DNA of 64,000 bases from an uncultured Bacilli bacterium (GTDB lineage: Bacteria > Bacillota_I > Bacilli_A > RF39 > UBA660): the NCBI GenBank assembly GCA_947624505.1, contig CANQKO010000002.1, forward strand, positions 10,097-74,096, written 5' to 3'. The position numbers and the translations under genes are program-made. The notes below the pieces were generated by a model that made no database searches, was not told the origin of the DNA, and saw only the letters and a program-made list of their open reading frames with translations. This document shows, piece by piece, positions 38,801 to 47,273 of the stretch (position 1 is its first letter; every line of letters starts with the position of its first letter).

Positions 38801-39083
38801 TATCGCCAATAGTTCCACCAAAACGACCATCGTCACAATTTAAATCACAACTACCATTACCATCATAGTCACAGTTTAAATCACATTTACCATCACCATC
38901 GACATCAACATTAATATTAGATGATCCAAAATTTTCACCCGCGCCAAATTGATTAAAGGTAAAAGTCGTAAGTATTAAAATAAAACATAAAAGCATTATG
39001 ATTAACATAATGACTATTGCCAATAACCTTCTTTTTTTTAATTCTGTATATTCAAAATTTTCTATTTGATTTTCTGTTTCCAT
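35838..39083 (-). CDS. giant membrane-anchored repeat protein with about 50 Cys/Asp-rich Ca-binding (thrombospondin type-3-like) repeats and a ~190-aa globular C-terminal domain
   Basis: N-terminal TM helix; 18-aa units CDxNCDDGS[FN]GGxxGDG[KE] and 12-aa units CDxNCDTDGDGx iterate from about aa 58 to 894. The DxDGDGxCDxNC pattern is TSP3-like. Confidence 0.75.
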   Translation of the reverse strand: METENQIENFEYTELKKRRLLAIVIMLIIMLLCFILILTTFTFNQFGAGENFGSSNINVDVDGDGKCDLNCDYDGNGSCDLNCDDGRFGGTIGDNTCDSNCDDGSNGGTIGDGKCDRNCDKGSFGGTPDDNICDINCDDGSNGGKPNDGKCDKNCDDGSDSGTAGDGICDKNCDDGSFGGEAGDDECDKNCYVGDDDKCYKNCDTNGDGKCDVNCDDGSFGGDAGDGKCDKNCDTDNDDKCDKNCDTDGDGNCDLNCHIGDDDKCYKNCDTDGDGECDLNCDTDGDGKCDKNCDTDGDGDCDLNCYVGDNDKCSKNCDTDGDGKCDLNCDDGSFGGTPGDGECDRNCDTDGDGECDKNCDPDNNGVCDRNCTTDGKCHLNCDNGENGGTPNDGKCDSNCDDGSNGGVKGDGKCDRNCDDGSNGGIPGDGKCDRNCDDGSFGRTPNDNKCDRNCDNGTNNGKSNDGICDLNCDDGANNGKPNDGKCDKNCDDGKNGGKPNDDICDSNCDDGSFGGKASDDICDRNCDDGSFGGAPGDGKCDKNCDDGSNNGTAGDKTCDKNCDDGSNKGTPGDGKCDKNCDDGSFGGATGDGKCDKNCDDGSNKGTPGDGECDKNCDDGSFGGKPNDGKCDKNCDDGKNGGKINDGICDSNCDDGSFGGTPGDNTCDKNCDDGSNGGTAGDGKCDKNCDDGSNGGTAGDGKCDKNCDDGSFGGKAGDNKCDKNCDDGSDGKEANDGKCDRNCDDGSNGGTPGDGKCDLNCDDGKNGGTPNDGKCDSNCDDGKNNGKPNDGKCDSNCDDGSFGGTAGDGKCDKNCDDDGDGVCDSNCDDGSFGGTPDDNKCDKNCDDGSDRKKPNDGECDRNCDPDNNGICDLNCDTGGNGGKPNDGKCDSKCDSNGDGECDKNCTEDEIEGLLTIENANNINLKITGDDMSKENVGDKEFIEITSGPKQAKVSLKSNAEITTCTYSLRYKTETNNFTNQYISDTEELKELKNQMILRLKGYKAKSSNEVKETYDIDIIENAEYVIEDIQISNDADDDNLTSQVWDIELIFRNYSKFDQSNNIDKSIKGNLTIEVGECERIGK
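36400..38910. repeat. in-frame 54-nt / 36-nt tandem coding repeats
   Basis: Near-perfect nucleotide periodicity underlies the protein repeats. It creates many spurious ORFs on other frames. Confidence 0.85.
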
Positions 39084-39105
39084 TTTCTTCCCACCTTACT
39101 ACTAT

Positions 39106-39738
39106 TTATTGTTGTTGACCTTCAACTGGAGTGCTATGAACATTGACTCTATAATAAACCAATTTACCTATATCACTTGTTGGCGTATCCTTTGAAAGCC
39201 AGATATATATTCTATATGTCTTTTGAATTGTAGTGCCATTCTTTTTTGCTATGGTGGTATTTAAAATTGGGTAATTACTATTACTGCCAAGTGTAGATAA
39301 TTGAACATAGTTTTGAGCATTAAATTTAACCCAACTACTACCATCATATATACCGACATAAATATATTTAGGATCTAATCTATCTGTAGTGGTTGTTCCA
39401 GTTGGTAATTGGTCATCAACTAAAGTCACAGAATATCTCGCATCTATATCGCCATCATTTTTAATCGTTAATGTGACATAACCACTAGCTGGAACAGTGC
39501 TAGTTACAGTAGTAACATCTACAGGCTTTAATTCTTTATTCCACGTTGATTGATTACTTCCATCCACTGTAACATTTAATGTCCCGGCTTTAAAAGAATA
39601 TAAATTGGGTTGTACTTTAACATCAAAAAAAGCTGAATATGAAACATTCAGTGTTAAGATAGTCAACACTAGTACAGATATAATCATAAGCTTAGTATTA
39701 CTCTTTTTTATTTTTTTATCATCTCTCTCAGATATCAT
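39106..39738 (-). CDS. small secreted beta-rich protein with a SipW-cognate-type signal (TasA/CalY-like candidate)
   Basis: 210 aa; the signal anchor ends LTLNVSYSAFFDVK, resembling the TasA-class signal-peptidase motif. It lies 22 bp upstream of the giant repeat-protein gene. Confidence 0.5.
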   Translation of the reverse strand: MISERDDKKIKKSNTKLMIISVLVLTILTLNVSYSAFFDVKVQPNLYSFKAGTLNVTVDGSNQSTWNKELKPVDVTTVTSTVPASGYVTLTIKNDGDIDARYSVTLVDDQLPTGTTTTDRLDPKYIYVGIYDGSSWVKFNAQNYVQLSTLGSNSNYPILNTTIAKKNGTTIQKTYRIYIWLSKDTPTSDIGKLVYYRVNVHSTPVEGQQQ

Positions 39739-39879
39739 CTATGTCACCTTATCATAAGTTTATCACATAATTTTTTTTATCTCAATACCTAAATTATTCT
39801 TTTTATTTAAATATTGTTTTTAAAATTGTTTACTTTCTTTTACTTTTAATGCTATAATACTATGGTTGTGGGTGATATT

Positions 39880-41688
39880 ATGGAAATAAGAAATGTTGCA
39901 ATTATTGCACACGTTGACCACGGTAAAACTGCTTTGGTCGATGAAATATTAAAATTTGTAGGAACTTTTAGGGAAAATCAAGATGCTTCTAACTTTTCAA
40001 TGGATTCAAATCAAATTGAAAAAGAACGTGGTATTACTATTTTAGCCAAAACTACATCAATTATTTATAATAATGTTAAAATTAATATTTTAGATACACC
40101 AGGACATGCTGACTTCGGCGGTGAAGTTGAAAGAATTATGAAAATGGTTGATGGGGTTATTTTAGTTGTTGATGCTTATGAAGGGCCAATGCCTCAAACA
40201 AGATTTGTTCTAAAAAAAGCTATTGATGCGGGAGTTAAACCAATTGTTGTTATCAATAAAGTTGATAAACCAACAGCAAGAATTAAAGAAGTTGTTGATG
40301 AAGTTTTAGGTTTATTCCTTGATTTAGGGGCATCTGATGAACAACTTGATTTTAAAGTAGCTTATACTTCAGCTTTAAATGGTACATCTAGTTTATCTCA
40401 AGATTTAAGTACCCAAGAAAAATCATTTAAATGTGTTCTTGATTTAATCATTAATGAAATTAAAGCTCCAGAAGGTGATGTAAATAAAACATTACAATTT
40501 CAACCTGCCCTTCTTGATTACAATGATTATGTAGGAAGAATTGCAATTGGTCGAGTTTTTAATGGTAAAGTTAAAGTTGGCGAAATGGTTAATTGTCTAA
40601 GACTTGATGGAACTGCTAAACAATTTAGAATTCAAAAGTTATTTGCATTTACCGCTTTAGCCAAAGTTGAAGTTGAAGAAGTATCGGCTGGTGATATCTG
40701 TGCTATTGCTGGCTTAGAAGATATCTCAGTTGGTGAAACAATTACCGAAGTTGGTAATAATGAAAGATTACCAATTATTCATATTGATGAACCAACCTTA
40801 CAAATGACTTTTGGGGTTAACACATCTCCTTTCTCTGGTAAGGATGGAAAATTATTAACATCAAGAAAAATCGAAGAAAGATTAATTAAAGAAACTCAAA
40901 AAGATGTTAGTTTAAAAGTTGAACAAATTGATTCTGAAAACTTCCTAGTCTCAGGAAGAGGTGAATTACACTTATCTATTTTAATTGAAAATATGCGCCG
41001 TGAAGGCTTTGAACTACAAGTTTCCAAACCTAAAGTTATTATTAAGGAAATAAATGGCGTTAAATGTGAACCATATGAAGACTTACAAATTGAAGTTGAT
41101 GATGAATATATGGGTGGTGTTATTGAAGAGTTATCAACAAGAGGTGCCATAATGGGTAATATGACACATATCGGCAGTATGACAAGAATTACTTATACGA
41201 TTCCATCAAGAGGATTAATTGGTTTTGCTACTAACTTTATGACTTTAACTAAAGGGTATGGCATAATGAATCATACATTTAAAGACTATGAACCAACAGT
41301 TAATGTTGATTTAGGGGAAAGAAAACTTGGTGTTTTAGTATCAAGTGAAACAGGTAAATCAACAGCTTATGGTATCGGTCAACTTGAAGATCGGGGGATT
41401 ATGTTTGTTGAACCAAATACTGATGTTTATGAAGGTATGATTGTTGGTGAGTGTAATAGAGATAATGACTTAGCAATTAATATTGTTAAAGGCAAAGAGC
41501 TTACCAACACCAGAGCGGCTTTCTCAGATAAAACGGTTGTTTTAAAAAGACCAAGACCAATAACTTTAGAGTACGCTCTCGATTATATTAATCAAGATGA
41601 ACTTGTTGAAGTAACCCCTAACTTTATTAGACTAAGAAAAATAATTCTTAATACTGAACTAAGAAAAAAGGCAGATGCTAAAAAATAG
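39880..41688 (+). CDS. typA: translational GTPase TypA/BipA
   Basis: MEIRNVAIIAHVDHGKT G1 motif, DTPGHADF G3 motif and an EF-G-like domain order; a start in the track at 39862 is also possible. Confidence 0.9.
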   Translation: MEIRNVAIIAHVDHGKTALVDEILKFVGTFRENQDASNFSMDSNQIEKERGITILAKTTSIIYNNVKINILDTPGHADFGGEVERIMKMVDGVILVVDAYEGPMPQTRFVLKKAIDAGVKPIVVINKVDKPTARIKEVVDEVLGLFLDLGASDEQLDFKVAYTSALNGTSSLSQDLSTQEKSFKCVLDLIINEIKAPEGDVNKTLQFQPALLDYNDYVGRIAIGRVFNGKVKVGEMVNCLRLDGTAKQFRIQKLFAFTALAKVEVEEVSAGDICAIAGLEDISVGETITEVGNNERLPIIHIDEPTLQMTFGVNTSPFSGKDGKLLTSRKIEERLIKETQKDVSLKVEQIDSENFLVSGRGELHLSILIENMRREGFELQVSKPKVIIKEINGVKCEPYEDLQIEVDDEYMGGVIEELSTRGAIMGNMTHIGSMTRITYTIPSRGLIGFATNFMTLTKGYGIMNHTFKDYEPTVNVDLGERKLGVLVSSETGKSTAYGIGQLEDRGIMFVEPNTDVYEGMIVGECNRDNDLAINIVKGKELTNTRAAFSDKTVVLKRPRPITLEYALDYINQDELVEVTPNFIRLRKIILNTELRKKADAKK

Positions 41689-41712
41689 CAACTGTCTTTT
41701 TTATTATAAAAA

Positions 41713-42735
41713 TTATACATAAATAGCTTTAGGAAATCTATCTATTTCTATTAATTCATAATTTTGAAAAATATCTTTAATGGAACCAGATAAATGACCA
41801 TCTTTAGATAAAAAAACAAAGTCATAATCTTTTTCCTCTTCTAAAGTTTTATTACTTTTAACTTTAACCACTTCCATTTCTAAGCTTTCTTTATTTTTAG
41901 AAATTACTAATTCATAATAACCATTATTATCTTGATAATTTATTTTGTTAATATAATAATTAGTATAAACTTTTGTTTTATCATAATTATATCCACATAT
42001 TCCTGCTTCTAAAGAAGATGTAACATCCATACTTGCTGGTCCAATAAAGACATCTTTATTACCATCAAAAGTATTACATTTAATAATTACAGCATTATCA
42101 GTATAACTTATACTTGTTCCACCCTCATAAATATAATCAGTTTTAATTACATCAATATGCTCTAATAAATCATCAATACCAGCAATAATATTTTTATTTT
42201 TCTTTTGAAAATACTTTTTTAAAGTAATATTTTCATTTATTTCTAAATTATTTAAACAATAATAATATAAAGTACTATTTTCATCTTCTAAATATTTAAT
42301 TTTTTTATTTTGACAATCAGCAATAGCACTAACTGCTATATGGGCTTTTCCTTCATAATTTTGATAAACTTTGCCAAAATAAAAACCAATTAAGAATAAA
42401 ATAAGTAATAAACATAAAATACCTAAACAGATAAAATATATTTTATATATTTTATTAATTTTAGTTTGTTCATTAACTATATTTAAAATATTTTCTTCGC
42501 TTGTTGTTTTATATTCTTCATTATTTAATCTTTTGGCACTCAATAATTCATTAACACTTATATTTAGTTTTTCACAAAGGGGTTTTAAAAGTGACATATC
42601 CATTAAACAGATACCTCTTTCCCACTTTGAAACAGCATTAATACTAACACCTAAAAATTGTGCTAACTCTTCTTGCGTTAGTTTATTTTCTTTTCTAACA
42701 CTTGCAATAAATTTTCCAATTTTTTCTTGATTCAT
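41713..42735 (-). CDS. membrane-anchored XRE-family HTH protein with an extracytoplasmic C-terminal domain
   Basis: N-terminal LTQEELAQFLGVSINAVSKWERG HTH, one TM helix (YFICLGILCLLLILFLIGFYF), and a ~200-aa external domain. Confidence 0.65.
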   Translation of the reverse strand: MNQEKIGKFIASVRKENKLTQEELAQFLGVSINAVSKWERGICLMDMSLLKPLCEKLNISVNELLSAKRLNNEEYKTTSEENILNIVNEQTKINKIYKIYFICLGILCLLLILFLIGFYFGKVYQNYEGKAHIAVSAIADCQNKKIKYLEDENSTLYYYCLNNLEINENITLKKYFQKKNKNIIAGIDDLLEHIDVIKTDYIYEGGTSISYTDNAVIIKCNTFDGNKDVFIGPASMDVTSSLEAGICGYNYDKTKVYTNYYINKINYQDNNGYYELVISKNKESLEMEVVKVKSNKTLEEEKDYDFVFLSKDGHLSGSIKDIFQNYELIEIDRFPKAIYV

Positions 42736-42803
42736 AATTACCTCTTTTTATTAATCATAACATTAAATTATTATTAATTACACATACTAGAGGTTTATTT
42801 TAA

Positions 42804-43439
42804 TTACCAATTATTATTAAACATATTTTTTAAATATTTACTATCAAAATAGTTATCTAAAAACTTTTCATAATTATTATGAGGTAGTATTCCTTTATCA
42901 TAATCTCTTGCTCTATTCATTGCACTTATAGTAAGTATTCCATCAAACATTAAAAAAATTGTTAAAATTATCATAAATATTGTTCCTACTTTTTTATTCA
43001 TTTTATTAATTAAATTATTTATTTTGGGAAAAAGATATTTAATCCATAATATTCCTAATATTCCCCAAGCACAAGAATAAAATAAACTAATGCGTCCATT
43101 AATATTTAATATCTTTTTAGAATAATTCCAAGCTGTAAAACCAAATGATAATTCCATTAAATAACTCATTATATATTCTAAGATTGAACAACCAATAAAA
43201 CTTAAAAGAAATATTTTTATATTAGAATTATTTTTTAATTTAAATAATAAAAGAGAAAGAAAAATTGCACACAAACCATAGATCATATTAAATGGCCCAA
43301 TAATAACACACGAATGGTTGATAACTACTCCTTTTTTAATTAGAGTCCATAAGCCCTCAATAAACCAGCCACTTATACTACCAATTATAAATATATAAAA
43401 TAAATTATAAAGACTTAATTTTTCTTTCATTTCTCTCAC
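42804..43439 (-). CDS. polytopic membrane protein, function unknown
   Basis: 211 aa with about 6 TM helices. Confidence 0.45.
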   Translation of the reverse strand: MREMKEKLSLYNLFYIFIIGSISGWFIEGLWTLIKKGVVINHSCVIIGPFNMIYGLCAIFLSLLLFKLKNNSNIKIFLLSFIGCSILEYIMSYLMELSFGFTAWNYSKKILNINGRISLFYSCAWGILGILWIKYLFPKINNLINKMNKKVGTIFMIILTIFLMFDGILTISAMNRARDYDKGILPHNNYEKFLDNYFDSKYLKNMFNNNW

Positions 43440-43463
43440 TTAATAAGAATTTTAACAAATTAT

Positions 43464-43673
43464 TTATTTAATATCAATATCCTTATCTTGTTTAGTAAAG
43501 TAATAAGTAAAAACAGCAGTCATTAAGTTAGTTACTAAAATTAAAATATTATCTTCTAATTTTAACCCATATAAATTACCAATCACAATAATAAATAATA
43601 TAGCAATCATTGCAATTGTAACAAAACTCTTTAAATCACTCCAAGCTTTTTTTATATTATCACATCCTTTCAA
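43464..43673 (-). CDS. small two-TM membrane protein
   Basis: 69-aa hydrophobic ORF. Confidence 0.3.
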   Translation of the reverse strand: MKGCDNIKKAWSDLKSFVTIAMIAILFIIVIGNLYGLKLEDNILILVTNLMTAVFTYYFTKQDKDIDIK

Positions 43674-43744
43674 GATGCATATATTATATATTTATGCTCC
43701 ATCTAATTTTAGGTGTGTTTATATAACTATTTAAAAAGAGATAA

Positions 43745-44100
43745 TTACATTTCTTTTTGAATGTTGATTATCTCTTCTTCTTTTAAATTTAATATTTCAC
43801 TTATTTCTTTTGTACTCATTCCTTTTGATAACAGTTTTTTTGCTGTGTTGATTTTTGTTTCGTAAATACCTTTTTCTAAACCTTCTTGAATTCCTTTTTC
43901 CAAACCTTCTTGAATTCCTTTTTCTAATCCTTTATTTTCACTATCTTCCATTCTCTTTCGGTATATGTATTCGAAATCTCTTTCTTGCTCAAGTTGCATT
44001 TGTTTGATCACATCTTCATTCATCTCTAATACTTTCTCCCCTACTTTCTTAAGTATCTCGTTTGTTTTTCCTAACGCAATGATTTCTTCTTTATTCGCCC
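43745..44100 (-). pseudogene. 3' fragment (C-terminal ~95 codons plus a downstream segment) duplicated from the Rpn-family gene at 44493..45455
   Basis: Nucleotide identity with 44493..44880 includes the EKGIQEGL repeat region and the tail; identity breaks at ~44100. Confidence 0.6.
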
Positions 44101-44492
44101 CTAATTGTTAATTTTATCGATAATATAATCAGTGATTTAAAAATTATAATAATAGCATTTTAAGATTATTTTCAATAAATTTTAATTTTTTTTGAACTAG
44201 GAATCCAATAGTATGAATTAAATGGCATAAGCCAGTTAGCATTTAAGCCAACTGGCAAATCTAAGGCCTAACATACCATTGCCTATTTCCAAAAGCTTGC
44301 TCAAAATTTAGGTAAAAATAAATATTACAGAATTTTTAAAATTATTTTATCACCTTAACTAATTTAATTTTTTCAAAATCACAAGAAATTGATGAAAATA
44401 TATTAAAAATTAACAACTAATATAAAAATGTATGTTTTCCTACAAAATTATATTAACTAAAACCTACATTTTTATGTTGACATTATCAATAA

Positions 44493-45455
44493 TTATATTT
44501 CTTTTTCAATGTTAATTATCTCTTCTTCTTTTAAATTTAATATTTCACTTATTTCTTTTGTACTCATTCCTTTTGATAATAGTTTTTTTGCTGTATTGAT
44601 TTTTGTTTCATAAATACCTTTTTCCAAACCTTCTTGAATTCCTTTTTCCAAACCTTCTTGAATTCCTTTTTCCAAACCTTCTTGAATTCCTTTTTCTAAT
44701 CCTTTATTTTCACTATCTTCCATTCTCTTTCGGTATATGTATTCGAAATCTCTTTCTTGCTCAAGTTGCATTTGTTTGATCACATCTTCATTCATCTCTA
44801 ATACTTTCTCCCCTACTTTCTTAAGTATCTCGTTTGTTTTTCCTAACGCAATGATTTCTTCTTTATTCGCCCCTAATAAAGTTAGTTCTTGATGCGTTGG
44901 ATCTCCTTTGATGTTTTTATCATACCACAACTTTTTATACCCAGCAATATTTACAGTTATTATTTTAAATTTATCATAGTATTCTTGTCCATAATTATCT
45001 ATTAGTTTGATAACTCTTTTTAATTCATCTTTTGGATGATTAAAATCTAAATTTATTTGAACTACTTCATCGATATTTTCCCATCTTTCTCTTTCTTCAC
45101 TTTCTTCCTTACTATCACTACTTCTTCCCATTGTTGTCGCATATTTATATTTTCTTAATAATAACCGAAAATAATACATTAAATTTCTTTCTTTGATATA
45201 TTCATCAAAATTACTATTTAATTCCACGTTTATTCTTTTTTGATCTTTTGTTAACAACAAAATATCTAATACTTGCACTTTATCTCTTACCGATGACATT
45301 GGTAATTCACTATATTCTATTTCTTCTACTTTTACTTCTTTTTCTAATATATCTGTTAACATTCCATTTAAATAACGACGATTTAATATATCTAACACCA
45401 CTGATTTAAATACTCGGTCATATGAAAGATTATAGAATGGTTTTTCATCTGTCAT
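44493..45455 (-). CDS. Rpn/YhgA-like PD-(D/E)XK recombination-promoting nuclease / putative transposase family protein
   Basis: The N-terminal Y..S.D.VFK....D.....LN..L..IL signature and a C-terminal (EKGIQEGL)x4 repeat followed by a LLSKGMSTKEISEILNL helix are typical of this family. Confidence 0.65.
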   Translation of the reverse strand: MTDEKPFYNLSYDRVFKSVVLDILNRRYLNGMLTDILEKEVKVEEIEYSELPMSSVRDKVQVLDILLLTKDQKRINVELNSNFDEYIKERNLMYYFRLLLRKYKYATTMGRSSDSKEESEERERWENIDEVVQINLDFNHPKDELKRVIKLIDNYGQEYYDKFKIITVNIAGYKKLWYDKNIKGDPTHQELTLLGANKEEIIALGKTNEILKKVGEKVLEMNEDVIKQMQLEQERDFEYIYRKRMEDSENKGLEKGIQEGLEKGIQEGLEKGIQEGLEKGIYETKINTAKKLLSKGMSTKEISEILNLKEEEIINIEKEI

Positions 45456-45626
45456 TTTGTCACCTCCGATCTATTTATATTTAAGGGTTATTTTTCTCCC
45501 TTCACTATATATATTAGCGTTTTTTCCTCTATTTCCTTTTTTTTGAGATAAATTTTTAAAAAAGATAACCAAATTTTTACCAATTACTTAGAGTTTTGGC
45601 TTAAAAAAAGAGTATTTTTAATACTC

Positions 45627-47273
45627 TCAAATTTCTTTTTTCATAAATAAATAATTAGCAATTAAATAATTTATAATTATGGTTAACAAAGAAATTATTA
45701 ATCCTTTATCTAAACTCGTACTAACAAAACGCATTGCTTCTGTAAAGTAGTTACTTATATTAATCAAATTATTAACACTAATAATTTCATATAAATTAAA
45801 ATATGGAATAACACTATATAGTAAAAAATATAAATGAAATTCATTTATTAAAAACCAGATGCAAGATGTAATAAGACCTAAGAAGGTACCAAACATTGTT
45901 GGAAAAACATTGTTCATAAATATAGTTGAAACTAATAAAATTAAAGATATAAATGCCACAACTGGTATATTAATAATTGTTATTTCAATTAGGATATATA
46001 TAAGATAATTTAACTCTATAACTTTAGAACCATTAAATATTAATTCAGGATAAAATAAATCTTGAAAACCAAATTTTAAACCAGAATAAATATAAAGAAT
46101 AATAAATAAAACTAACCATAAAAGATAACTATGAATAACTAAATATAAAAATTTACTTAAAAATATTTTCCATCTTTTAATGCCACTAGTAAATAAAATT
46201 TTAATTGTCCCTTTATTAAATTCACTAGTAATAATATTAACACTGGTTAAAACAATTAATAAGATAATAACAAAAGATAATTTTGATATAGTATTAACAT
46301 TACTTTTAGCAGTAAATAAATGACCATCTTTATTGGCTAAAAGATCTGATGGTAAATTATTTTGAAGGGCATATTCTAAAATCATCTTTTTAGCAAGGGC
46401 GTTTTGACCTAAAAATTTATAACTATTTTTATAAGTATCATAACTATAATAAGTACTACCATTACTAGGGTCATATTTTAAATTACTTTGCTTAAATTCA
46501 TTTATACTCATTATTTTATATTCCTCTAATGGCATTAATTCCTGATGTTCTAAATGACTAAAATAAAGAGAATACATAAATAAGTTTTCATAATTATAAT
46601 TAGAATAGTCTGTAATTTTTCTTGCTAAAACTAGATCTCTTACTTGTTGTAATTTAGGAAATTCATCATCATATTGATAATTATAACTATAATATTGATA
46701 ATAATTATTACTATTAACAATAGCTTTTAATTCTTTAATTTCTTGTTCATTATTCTTTTGTAAATTTTGTAAATCTTTTTCACTATAATCTTTTAATAAA
46801 TAAAGGTTGGTATCAAAAAGATCACTAGAGGGATTTATTAAAATATTTTGAATATCTATATCATTCCTATTATTAATTAATATATTACTTAAATAAATTT
46901 CTATTTCTTTTTTTAAAATAGTATGAAAATAAATGTTATATTGCCAATCATTTTGCCTATTTATTATATCTTTTTGATAAACATCATTTTTTAAATATTC
47001 TAATATTTCCTTTTCCTTATAATAATAAAATTCATAAAATTGTTGTTTTAAAGGAAAGTAACTTAAATACTTATTTTGTTCTAAATTAGTGGCATTTATA
47101 GAAATTAAATTATTAAAATTAATTGTTTCATCTAAATTATTTTTTTGAATATTATTTTCCGTTAAAATAATTACACTTAATAATAAAGTACCTAAAATAA
47201 TTAATATATTTTTTAAATGATAATTTTTTATAAATTCACATTTAATTGCTTTAAATATTGTCATCAGTAACAC
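45627..47273 (-). CDS. ABC transporter permease with a large N-terminal extracytoplasmic domain
   Basis: 548 aa: one N-terminal TM helix, a ~300-aa soluble region, then about 6 C-terminal TM helices. It overlaps the upstream ATPase gene by 23 nt. Confidence 0.55.
   Translation of the reverse strand: MLLMTIFKAIKCEFIKNYHLKNILIILGTLLLSVIILTENNIQKNNLDETINFNNLISINATNLEQNKYLSYFPLKQQFYEFYYYKEKEILEYLKNDVYQKDIINRQNDWQYNIYFHTILKKEIEIYLSNILINNRNDIDIQNILINPSSDLFDTNLYLLKDYSEKDLQNLQKNNEQEIKELKAIVNSNNYYQYYSYNYQYDDEFPKLQQVRDLVLARKITDYSNYNYENLFMYSLYFSHLEHQELMPLEEYKIMSINEFKQSNLKYDPSNGSTYYSYDTYKNSYKFLGQNALAKKMILEYALQNNLPSDLLANKDGHLFTAKSNVNTISKLSFVIILLIVLTSVNIITSEFNKGTIKILFTSGIKRWKIFLSKFLYLVIHSYLLWLVLFIILYIYSGLKFGFQDLFYPELIFNGSKVIELNYLIYILIEITIINIPVVAFISLILLVSTIFMNNVFPTMFGTFLGLITSCIWFLINEFHLYFLLYSVIPYFNLYEIISVNNLINISNYFTEAMRFVSTSLDKGLIISLLTIIINYLIANYLFMKKEI

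Noticed and set aside
36154-38868. Long plus-strand and alternative-frame ORFs (599 aa, 226 aa, His-rich 89-171 aa ORFs) inside the giant repeat gene
   Set aside because: They are frame artefacts of the 54/36-nt coding repeat: a periodic sequence lacks stops in several frames. Only the minus-strand Cys/Asp-repeat frame has a start context, a TM anchor and a coherent C-terminal domain.
35838-39083. CRISPR array as an explanation for the strong 36-54-nt periodicity
   Set aside because: The repeats are in-frame coding units with no unique spacers. The periodicity is too short and there are no cas genes.
40896-41150. 84-aa minus-strand ORF inside typA, and similar shadow ORFs in tyrS (30086..30283), uvrB (48558..49167), cadA (52623..54536) and proS (57285..57545)
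   Set aside because: They are embedded antisense in highly conserved housekeeping genes.
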